From positions 1 to 35,527 of IMG/VR virus record IMGVR_UViG_2734482778_000013: a DNA stretch of 35,527 nt; one strand, written 5' to 3'. The translations under genes were made by a program, and so were the position numbers. Below are positions 1 through 7,347 of the stretch, in pieces (position 1 is the stretch's first letter; the number at the start of each line of letters is the position of its first letter). Under the pieces are notes generated by a model, which saw only the letters and a program-made list of their open reading frames with translations, made no database searches and had not been told where the DNA came from. This DNA is from a virus. Taxonomy: Duplodnaviria > Heunggongvirae > Uroviricota > Caudoviricetes.

Positions 1-993
1 CTAATCGATGGACAGTTTATGGACACTTTCAGCCAGCGGATTAAAGTTGATCGCGTCCTGTAAGAAATCCGGCGAAAAATGAGCGTACGTCATTGTCTGC
101 TGAATCGTGGCGTGCCCCAGGATTCGTTGCAACGTAACAATATTTCCGCCATTCATCATAAAGTGTGTGGCAAATGTATGACGCATGACATGCGTAGCCT
201 GCCCCTTCGGCAAATCCGGTTTCACCTCCTGAAGAATCTCCCGGAACTTCAGATAATCAACCTGATACAACAACCCCGTTCGACGGGTTTTAATCAGAGG
301 CACAACCGAATCCGCCACAGGAACCGAACGGGATTTTCCGTTTTTGGTGTTAAAGAACGTCACCCGGTTGCCAACGATATGCTCTCCACGTAGTTCTGAT
401 GCTTCACTCCATCGGGCACCAGTAGAAAGACACAGAATGGCAACACGACGCGCATCCCCCTCCAGTCGCTCAAGAAGCCGCTCAATCTCATCATCAGAAA
501 GAAAGGCCATCTCTGTGTTCTGAACTTTCAGTTTACGTATACCGCGTACAGGGTTCGCGTTGTGAAAGACCTCAGCTTCAATCAGCACCGTGAACATGGT
601 AGACAGAACGCATAAATCACGATTAATACTGGACGGCATTAATCCGGCCTGTAATTTCTCTGACCGATATTCAAGCATAAATTTTCGCGTCATCTGACTG
701 GCGCGAGGATCTCCCATTTCACGAATAACCTTCCCTAGCCTGACCCTGTAGCTATCCCCGTAAGCCTGATTACGCCCGTCAAGCATCCACCACGCATCAA
801 GCAGCTCTGATAATCGCCGCTGATCAGCTGGCTTAGCCTGCCATGGCTTGTCATGGAAGTTCTGTAACACATACTTCTCAAACTCCTGAGCCTTTGATTT
901 CAGGGTAAAGGTTTTCCGAATCCGCTTTCCTTCCGCCCCCTGAGGTCTGACATCAACCCGATAACGTCCGTCTTTGAGTTGCTTAATCGACAT
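1..993 (-). CDS. int: Phage tyrosine integrase (P2/186 Int-like); ATG at 993 preferred over track TTG at 1008
   Basis: ORF ends with stop at 1-3; N-terminus MSIKQLKDGRYRVDVRP resembles P2-family Int N-termini; C-terminal tyrosine-recombinase signature (HTFATHFMMNGG...LGHATIQQTMTYAHF); GGAGG RBS 8 nt upstream of ATG 993. Confidence 0.9.
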   Translation of the reverse strand: MSIKQLKDGRYRVDVRPQGAEGKRIRKTFTLKSKAQEFEKYVLQNFHDKPWQAKPADQRRLSELLDAWWMLDGRNQAYGDSYRVRLGKVIREMGDPRASQMTRKFMLEYRSEKLQAGLMPSSINRDLCVLSTMFTVLIEAEVFHNANPVRGIRKLKVQNTEMAFLSDDEIERLLERLEGDARRVAILCLSTGARWSEASELRGEHIVGNRVTFFNTKNGKSRSVPVADSVVPLIKTRRTGLLYQVDYLKFREILQEVKPDLPKGQATHVMRHTFATHFMMNGGNIVTLQRILGHATIQQTMTYAHFSPDFLQDAINFNPLAESVHKLSID

Positions 994-1062
994 GATTAGC
1001 CCCTCCAACGGATAAATTAACTAAACACTCCTTGCGAGATGTAATTCGCTCAATGTGTAAAG

Positions 1063-1395
1063 TCAGCCAACATTGCGGCCTGATCGGGGTGATTTTTGGG
1101 TAATGCCGATTGAAGCCTGATCGTCCTCCGACTGAATGGAGCCATCAAGAGAGAGAGCCGGAGCAACCTGCCCGGCAGCGGGAAATGTTTTGTCGTGAAG
1201 TATCCACATAGTGTATTTTTCGAATCGCTCGACTTGGATTACTTTTTCTACAACCTCAATTCGCGCAGGTTTATATCCAGACTCATAATTTCCTATAGTC
1301 CCTACAGAAACCCCCGTTACTTGCGAAAACTGAGATTGGGTAAGTTTTTCCGCATTTCTGATCGCCTTTAGTTTTTTGGCATAATCTCTTGACAT
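1063..1395 (-). CDS. C: P2 C-type immunity repressor (XRE-family HTH)
   Basis: HTH segment LTQSQFSQVTGVSVGTIGNYESG; C-terminal FEKYTMW...GQVAPAL resembles P2 C as recalled; divergent from early operon; alternative start at 1404. Confidence 0.8.
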   Translation of the reverse strand: MSRDYAKKLKAIRNAEKLTQSQFSQVTGVSVGTIGNYESGYKPARIEVVEKVIQVERFEKYTMWILHDKTFPAAGQVAPALSLDGSIQSEDDQASIGITQKSPRSGRNVG

Positions 1396-1507
1396 GTTCA
1401 CCATACGATGAGTATCCTCTCTTCATTCTTCACCACAAGGTGAAGTAAACAAACCAAAACAAACCATCACAAGGCGCGACAAGCGCACCAACGCAAGAGG
1501 ATAACAA
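1396..1507. promoter_or_regulatory. Divergent repressor/early promoter-operator region with tandem direct repeat and inverted repeat
   Basis: Tandem 10-bp repeat AAACAAACCA at 1447-1456 and 1457-1466; 7-bp-arm palindrome CTTCACC-ACAA-GGTGAAG at 1425-1442; lies between divergently transcribed C and cox-like genes. Confidence 0.5.
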
Positions 1508-2035
1508 ATGCGGGACATCATTGCCGATAAAGAGTTATCTGACCATTCACCACTTCAGGAAAGTGACACACTCAGCGGATCTATTGATGCCGCCAACGAC
1601 GACGAACACGAAAAAAACAAGAAAAAGCGCTCTTACAAAAAAGGAGCAACTTTACGGCTGGATGGTCCGATCGCCGGGCTTTGCTCTCTGGAAAGAGGCG
1701 CGGCATATATTGGGCTAACAAAAGCCGCACTGCGCATAGCCCTTAATCGCGGTCAAATGCCAGGACACAAAACGCGCACAAACCCAGAAGATGAAGATTC
1801 AGACGGCATATGGTGGTTTAACACCAAAGAGTGGGACGCACTGGCTGACGAGCTACCAGAGCTTGAGCCACCAGAATGGCACAACTGGAAAAGCTACTGG
1901 ACGTATGACCGCCAGAAAAGAAAGTTCTCTCCAGCCGACAAAGAAGACTGCCAGACCGTTAACGGAAAACGGGTTTATATGGGTAGAAGCTCAAAACTGG
2001 AAAGACGCAGAGATCACGAGGGCGATTTATCATGA
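1508..2035 (+). CDS. Cox-like excisionase/transcriptional regulator with N- and C-terminal extensions
   Basis: Internal segment AAYIGLTKAALRIALNRGQMP followed by W-rich wing resembles P2 Cox HTH as recalled; first gene of rightward early operon; AGAGGA RBS 7 nt upstream of ATG 1508. Confidence 0.5.
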   Translation: MRDIIADKELSDHSPLQESDTLSGSIDAANDDEHEKNKKKRSYKKGATLRLDGPIAGLCSLERGAAYIGLTKAALRIALNRGQMPGHKTRTNPEDEDSDGIWWFNTKEWDALADELPELEPPEWHNWKSYWTYDRQKRKFSPADKEDCQTVNGKRVYMGRSSKLERRRDHEGDLS

Positions 2036-2116
2036 GCAACATCAAGAGCGTCGACGCATTCTTTGCACGCCCGAAAGAACAACGAGACGCATGGTTGCTG
2101 TGGCTGGGGCTTTGAA

Positions 2117-2608
2117 ATGACAAACCACGAAGACAAAGCACTACTGGAACGACTGGAAGCCCTGAAAAACGAAAAACCACACCAGAAGCTTTTGCTGGTT
2201 TTTCCGGGCAAACCACAGATTGAAATCAGCGTTGACTACCACGAATTACACAGAACGTTCGCTGACCTGATGGCATTTAAATCAAAGCTTCAGAATGGCG
2301 AAGATTTGAAAAGTGTCACCCTGCATCCTGACGATGAATACGGTCATTTTTGTCGAGATGACGTCAAAGAGACGATTGGAATGATTTTAGAACCAATATA
2401 CGGCGTCATGCTCCGTTTTCCTGCTGAAGAAGCCCTGGAACTTTACGGGCAGATTCTGAATAACAAATCAATGCTAATTGAACCACGAAATATATCGGGG
2501 GCCTGTACCCCCGATATAAAAGAAAGTCAAGACCTTCAAGTTGACTCAGTAAAAATGAACCGGCGGTACCTCAAAAAAGGGAAGTTCCTCGGATTCATAA
2601 ATCAATGA
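2117..2608 (+). CDS. Hypothetical early protein (position of P2 gene B; function unassigned)
   Basis: First in-frame ATG of ORF 2063..2608; synteny only. Confidence 0.4.
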   Translation: MTNHEDKALLERLEALKNEKPHQKLLLVFPGKPQIEISVDYHELHRTFADLMAFKSKLQNGEDLKSVTLHPDDEYGHFCRDDVKETIGMILEPIYGVMLRFPAEEALELYGQILNNKSMLIEPRNISGACTPDIKESQDLQVDSVKMNRRYLKKGKFLGFINQ

Positions 2609-2838
2609 CGTGATTTAGAGCTTAAGGATTCTGTAATCTCAGCCTTTGAGATGTATTGCTGAAGAAAAACAACAAGGTCTTTTGCTTGCTCAAGAGTTAA
2701 GGCCGTAAACAACTCTCCAGCTTTAGGTAACTCAGTATCGTTACCTAAATCATAATGGAAACGTAGGCAGGCATGATTATTAACACTCAGACACTCAAGT
2801 TCACTGGGCGTATAAACAGGTACTGATTTTTGAGTCAT
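2602..2838 (-). CDS. Hypothetical small protein, opposite strand within early operon
   Basis: 78-aa ORF with GAGG RBS 5 nt upstream of ATG at 2838; 3' end overlaps convergent ORF 2117..2608 by 7 nt. Confidence 0.4.
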   Translation of the reverse strand: MTQKSVPVYTPSELECLSVNNHACLRFHYDLGNDTELPKAGELFTALTLEQAKDLVVFLQQYISKAEITESLSSKSRH

Positions 2839-2932
2839 ATAAACCTCATTTGTGGTTGGTTAAACACGCGCCCTTTACAGCCCCTTCAAGACTGCGGGCG
2901 CCGGAAAAATACCACAAAACCATGCGCCGGGC

Positions 2933-3331
2933 ATGGCTAAAACCCGGCACAAATTCGCAACAGCAGCAGGATATTTTTGTATGAAGCAACGACGTAATTC
3001 TTCACAGCAACGCTTCCGCAACGGGGCGGAGCGCCATGCTAACCGTTTCGCTACCAGTGCATCACGCAGCAACATCCGCTACAGCCTGAGTGATACACAC
3101 GCAACGCCGGATGGCCACGCTGTAAAACAAATCGGCGAGCATACCTGGCTGATTGAGAAGGCTGGAATCGTGGTTCACAGATGCCCACGCAATCCGTTTA
3201 CTGGAAACCGCATTTTTGCTCTAAGCAGCGGCGACAATCAGTTCGGGCAGGATTTCACATTATACGAAGCGCTTCGCACGGTTGATCGTCTGCTGCGTGG
3301 ACAGAGTTTTATTAAACAGACTGATTTATAA
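2933..3331 (+). CDS. Hypothetical protein (alternative start at 2981)
   Basis: 132-aa ORF; no recognised domain. Confidence 0.4.
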   Translation: MAKTRHKFATAAGYFCMKQRRNSSQQRFRNGAERHANRFATSASRSNIRYSLSDTHATPDGHAVKQIGEHTWLIEKAGIVVHRCPRNPFTGNRIFALSSGDNQFGQDFTLYEALRTVDRLLRGQSFIKQTDL

Positions 3332-3341
3332 CAGGTGATTT

Positions 3342-3629
3342 ATGACCAAAGAGCATGCACAAGGTGTATTTATCCGTTTTATTGATTTTCGCGGTGAACT
3401 GTTATTACGCGCATCCGCTATTGATGGAGTGGCTCCGGCGGGTAAAAACGGAGCCAACGAAGCCACTTACGTTTATCTGAACGGCACGCGACTGCTTGTG
3501 GAACTTCCGTACCAGACCGTACGAGAAATCATTAGTGAAGCTGAAAAGGCACGCCAGGCTAATGGCGATAAACCCTATATCGAAATTATTTGTATGGATT
3601 CAGAAACTGAAATTCAGAAAGCAGATTAA
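3342..3629 (+). CDS. Hypothetical protein
   Basis: 95-aa ORF with AGGTGA RBS upstream. Confidence 0.5.
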   Translation: MTKEHAQGVFIRFIDFRGELLLRASAIDGVAPAGKNGANEATYVYLNGTRLLVELPYQTVREIISEAEKARQANGDKPYIEIICMDSETEIQKAD

Positions 3630-3640
3630 AGGGCGTTGCG

Positions 3641-3883
3641 ATGGGCAAAGAATATAAAACTCTCATTAACAAAGCACTTGAGCGTTTTTATTTTCGCTTA
3701 AGTGCATCAGGCGCTCATGCTGAACGTGCAGCCCGTGACTCATTGACCAGAGCAATCCGGAGTCTGTATGACGTTGCTTTTTACGCTGATGATCTGGATG
3801 CACTTAACGAACTTTCCGAGCTGATCTGTGCCGCAGAATGCGGGGAACACATTGAACCGTATAAGCTGGGGAATATCGCATGA
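3641..3883 (+). CDS. Hypothetical protein
   Basis: 80-aa ORF, tight spacing in operon. Confidence 0.45.
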   Translation: MGKEYKTLINKALERFYFRLSASGAHAERAARDSLTRAIRSLYDVAFYADDLDALNELSELICAAECGEHIEPYKLGNIA

Positions 3884-3993
3884 GTATATTTATTTCGTGG
3901 CTCATTCTGATTATTTCGGTGATCTGCGCTATTGGCATTATGCGAATTATTCATTCAGTGAAAAAGATTGAGCGTTTTTTCTCTGACGAATAA
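3880..3993 (+). CDS. Candidate small hydrophobic membrane peptide (37 aa)
   Basis: ATGA start/stop overlap with upstream ORF; translation MSIFISWLILIISVICAIGIMRIIHSVKKIERFFSDE has one predicted TM helix; below ORF-track length cutoff. Confidence 0.3.
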   Translation: MSIFISWLILIISVICAIGIMRIIHSVKKIERFFSDE

Positions 3994-4086
3994 CAGCACA
4001 AATAAAACACCAGATTAAATAAGAAAACGTGAAAACCATCCGCATTAGCGGAGGTATTCGCACACGTAAATAACGGAGATACAAAA

Positions 4087-4497
4087 ATGAACGCAAAAGA
4101 AAAAGGCATTGTAACTGCGCTAAAAAATATATCGGAGGCCGCAAACAGAGCCATTCAGGATGCAACAAATGCAGGAATGATTGGGCCTGCCACCACAGCC
4201 ATGATGATAGCAAGAGTAACCGCCGAAGCAGCCGAAATTATCGCAAAACAGGATGCTGAACTAGCGGTTCTCAGAACACAACCAGTCACCGGACTGGATT
4301 TGTCTAACACCGGACGCCTTATTTACACAATTGGCTCGGAACCACAGCAATACACCATTATCGTCGGATTACAGGATAAATACCTGATCACTCCTCACCC
4401 CATAAGGGAATCAGAAATTCTGACAAATCTCCGCCTGATAGAGCGTTCTCACGTCGCATTCATTGATGAAGCACAGCGCACCGTATTTAACGCATAG
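4087..4497 (+). CDS. Hypothetical protein
   Basis: 136-aa ORF with GGAG RBS upstream. Confidence 0.5.
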   Translation: MNAKEKGIVTALKNISEAANRAIQDATNAGMIGPATTAMMIARVTAEAAEIIAKQDAELAVLRTQPVTGLDLSNTGRLIYTIGSEPQQYTIIVGLQDKYLITPHPIRESEILTNLRLIERSHVAFIDEAQRTVFNA

Positions 4498-4520
4498 GGT
4501 TACTGGACAAAGGGGGCGCA

Positions 4521-4724
4521 ATGGCAATTAAGCGATTTACCGTCGTTCGTTTCACTTCCAGAGGACGTGAATACGAAGTTGACGAACGGCTGATTAAAAC
4601 GCTCGACCGTCACCGTTTGCAACCTGACGCGCATCACATTTATCTCACTGACGACACTTACTTCTGCGCCACCAACGTGGTGCAGGTGAACCTTATCCGA
4701 CAGGTACAGGAGTCACGCAGATGA
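4521..4724 (+). CDS. Hypothetical protein
   Basis: 67-aa ORF, GGGGG RBS, ATGA overlap with next gene. Confidence 0.45.
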   Translation: MAIKRFTVVRFTSRGREYEVDERLIKTLDRHRLQPDAHHIYLTDDTYFCATNVVQVNLIRQVQESRR

Positions 4725-4966
4725 CCATTCTGGACTACATCGCCGCCAATCCGGGTTGTAGCGGTGGAGAAATCGCCGCCGCGCTGAATACCCCAACCAC
4801 AGCCATTAATGCGGAGTTACGCCGACTCTGGCGCAGCGGTTCAGTCATAAGAAAAGAGCGCAAAACAGGCGGTCGCTTTCCTTACCAGATAAACCCGATG
4901 CCGTTCGGGTGCGGCAATCCACTTACCAACATGTTTAACCAACTACTGAAGGAAGCCAGAGCATGA
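4721..4966 (+). CDS. Putative winged-helix DNA-binding protein
   Basis: 81 aa; segment GGEIAAALNTPTTAINAELRRLWRSGSV resembles a wHTH recognition helix/wing; translationally coupled on both sides. Confidence 0.4.
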   Translation: MTILDYIAANPGCSGGEIAAALNTPTTAINAELRRLWRSGSVIRKERKTGGRFPYQINPMPFGCGNPLTNMFNQLLKEARA

Positions 4967-5262
4967 GCACCATCAACCACCAGGAACTACGCGAACTGGC
5001 GACTGACCTGCAACGAATGGCAACGCATCAAAAATTACTGGCGTTTCGCGCAATGCTCTCGCCGTCTGCCGTACTGGCGCTACTGGATGAACTGGAGCAC
5101 GCCAGAACCATGGCTCCTGCCATTCGTCTGACGCTCCATCATGAAATCAAGGATTTTTGCGCGACGCTGGAGTCACCAGGTGAATCAGAAACGCCGGAAG
5201 CAATGCAGCAGGAGCTGCTGCAACGCATCGACAACGTTTTCGATTTTTTCCTTAACCAGTAA
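4963..5262 (+). CDS. Hypothetical protein
   Basis: 99-aa ORF, ATGA overlap with upstream gene. Confidence 0.45.
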   Translation: MSTINHQELRELATDLQRMATHQKLLAFRAMLSPSAVLALLDELEHARTMAPAIRLTLHHEIKDFCATLESPGESETPEAMQQELLQRIDNVFDFFLNQ

Positions 5263-5273
5263 AGGACCGCGAT

Positions 5274-5477
5274 ATGAACAAAAAGACCTGGTTTCGCGCA
5301 TACATGTGGGCGCTGGTATGCGTCCTCGTCTCTCTCATTCTGTATGCAGGACTACTCCCCCGAATGATTTCATCAGACAGCTCCTTCCTGGTATTGCTAG
5401 GCATTTTCATTGCCATGCTGTACCCGGCAGGCGTTGTTCGCCTTTTCAGTAAGTACATCGAGGAAATCAAACAATGA
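5274..5477 (+). CDS. Small two-TM membrane protein, partner of SPFH lipoprotein
   Basis: 67 aa with two hydrophobic helices (WALVCVLVSLILYAGLL; FLVLLGIFIAMLYPAGVV); stop overlaps start of downstream gene (ATGA). Confidence 0.55.
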   Translation: MNKKTWFRAYMWALVCVLVSLILYAGLLPRMISSDSSFLVLLGIFIAMLYPAGVVRLFSKYIEEIKQ

Positions 5478-6304
5478 AGAAATTCAAACTCTTTCAGATT
5501 CTCCCGCTTTTTGCCGCCATCCTGCTGGTTGGCTGCGATCGCGTTGAGCCTGGTAATGTGGGCATCAAAGTCAACAAGCTGGGCGACGACAAAGGCGTTG
5601 GCGAAGTGGTTGGCGTTGGCCGCTACTGGACTGGCTGGAATACAGAGGTTTACATCTTCCCGACCTTCAAACAAATGAAGACCTACGATGAGCCGTTCAG
5701 CTTCCAGATGAGTGACGGCACAACCATCGGCTATCACATCGGCGTGGCTTACAAGGTTGATCCATCCAAAGTTACCACAGTGTTTCAGACCTACCGCAAA
5801 GGCGTGGATGACATTACCGACACTGACCTGCGCCAGAAGATCGCCGATGCACTCAACCGACTGGCCAGCAAAATGACCACCGATAAGTTTATCGACGGTG
5901 GTAAGTCTGAACTGCTGGATTCAGCACTTAAAGATATTCAGGAAGAGATGACCCCCATCGGCATTCAGGTCATGAGCCTCTCTTATGTCGGTAAACCGGA
6001 ATATCCGCCAACCGTTATCGACAGCATTAACGCCAAAGTCACGGCAAACCAGAAAACCCTGCAACGCGAACAGGAAGTCAAGCAACGCGAAGCAGAAGCC
6101 AACATGCTGCGCGCAGAAGCTGCCGGACAGGCTGATGCCATTCGCACGAAAGCCCAAGCCGAAGCCGATGCCATTCGTTTACGCGGTGAAGCACTGCGCC
6201 AGAACCCCGGTGTTATGGAGCTGGAAGCAATTAACAAATGGAACGGCACGCTGCCGCAATACATGACCAGTAATACCGCTGTTCCGTTTGTTCCGGTGAA
6301 GTAA
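5474..6304 (+). CDS. SPFH/band-7 (prohibitin/HflK-C-like) domain lipoprotein
   Basis: N-terminal signal peptide with lipobox LLVGC; central band-7-like region and C-terminal Ala/Glu/Gln/Arg-rich coiled-coil segment typical of HflK/HflC-type proteins. Confidence 0.7.
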   Translation: MKKFKLFQILPLFAAILLVGCDRVEPGNVGIKVNKLGDDKGVGEVVGVGRYWTGWNTEVYIFPTFKQMKTYDEPFSFQMSDGTTIGYHIGVAYKVDPSKVTTVFQTYRKGVDDITDTDLRQKIADALNRLASKMTTDKFIDGGKSELLDSALKDIQEEMTPIGIQVMSLSYVGKPEYPPTVIDSINAKVTANQKTLQREQEVKQREAEANMLRAEAAGQADAIRTKAQAEADAIRLRGEALRQNPGVMELEAINKWNGTLPQYMTSNTAVPFVPVK

Positions 6305-6310
6305 TTAAAC

Positions 6311-6355
6311 CCGGCCAGTGAAAATCGCTGGCCGGAGCAGTATCAGGATTTTTTT
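6311..6355 (+). terminator. Rho-independent terminator after SPFH gene
   Basis: Hairpin CCGGCCAG-(9 nt)-CTGGCCGG followed by a T-run (GATTTTTTTAG). Confidence 0.6.
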
Positions 6356-6672
6356 AGTATGCCGTTCTCACAAAAAAACCGCTTGCCATGCCGCAATCAG
6401 TCAGGTTACATTTCCGCTGCACCTCATAAAACGGGTGCCGGGATTGGAACCCCGCACACTAACAGAGCGCACAACCGCGCCAGCGGTTTTTTTGTGCGTA
6501 CCGTATCGCCACGTCTTTTTCGCGTCAGAATTATGGTGGGGCGTACAGGGCCAGCATCAGCTGGGCCGGGTCCTCTGTTAGCCGGTAGTTCCAACCCTGT
6601 ACGTCTCACCACCCCGAGCTTGGAACCTCTGGATGGTGAGTTTTCAAAACTGACTAACAGAGAGGCCACACC

Positions 6673-6903
6673 ATGGCAAACCGCAAACAGCACCGCGCTA
6701 TCGCGGAGCGTCGTCACATCCAGACTGAAATCAACCGCAGACTTTTCCGCGCATTCCGCGTCGCGCAGATCATGCACATCAATATGCTGCATGAGCGCAG
6801 CCACGCGCTATCGAACAGCTATTCCGCCTCTGTTTTCAGCTATCTGGCGGATGATCTGCGCGAGCTTCAGCGGCTCATCCAGCAGCAAAACAAACTCCAT
6901 TAA
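6673..6903 (+). CDS. Hypothetical small basic protein
   Basis: 76-aa ORF with AGAGG RBS 7 nt upstream of ATG. Confidence 0.4.
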   Translation: MANRKQHRAIAERRHIQTEINRRLFRAFRVAQIMHINMLHERSHALSNSYSASVFSYLADDLRELQRLIQQQNKLH

Positions 6904-6975
6904 TTCTGGTTCCGGGCCTTTCCTGCACCTTGCGGCGGGAGGCCTTCGCACATCTGTAACAAGAGGATTGCCGCA

Positions 6976-7341
6976 ATGATTCTCGCCAACGACTTTCTTG
7001 AATACCTGCTCAACACAGAGCGCGATCTTGCCGTTCGCGTGCGTGACCGTTATGACATGTACCTGAAATCCCTGCCTGTACCGCAGCTCGCTGACGGAAA
7101 GATTGTTATTGATGGCCGCTACATGATTGACAGCCACGAGGGAAATTACAGGCTTTACCGCATTGAAGGCGGCACCCCGTCCGTTATTGGCATTTACCAG
7201 CGCCCATCCTCTGCAATCGTCGATGTGATTGCCGACAGCATCCGCATCACACATCGCCATGCCGACACAGAAGACACCGTGCTGGAAATTCAGCGGCTGG
7301 CTACAGTCTGCCGCGACACCCTGAATGGCATGACGAAGTAA
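6976..7341 (+). CDS. Hypothetical protein immediately upstream of gpA
   Basis: 121-aa ORF with AAGAGGA RBS; stop 7 nt before gpA start. Confidence 0.5.
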   Translation: MILANDFLEYLLNTERDLAVRVRDRYDMYLKSLPVPQLADGKIVIDGRYMIDSHEGNYRLYRIEGGTPSVIGIYQRPSSAIVDVIADSIRITHRHADTEDTVLEIQRLATVCRDTLNGMTK

Positions 7342-7347
7342 ATCACT

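Noticed and set aside
6535-6613. tRNA-like hairpin
   Set aside because: The long stem does not resolve into a cloverleaf: there is no D-arm, no canonical T-loop (TTCCAAT sits in a 3-bp stem) and no CCA-compatible acceptor on either strand.
6374-6613. Retron msr/msd-like inverted repeats and long hairpin
   Set aside because: No reverse transcriptase ORF anywhere nearby; the downstream genes are small orphans and gpA.
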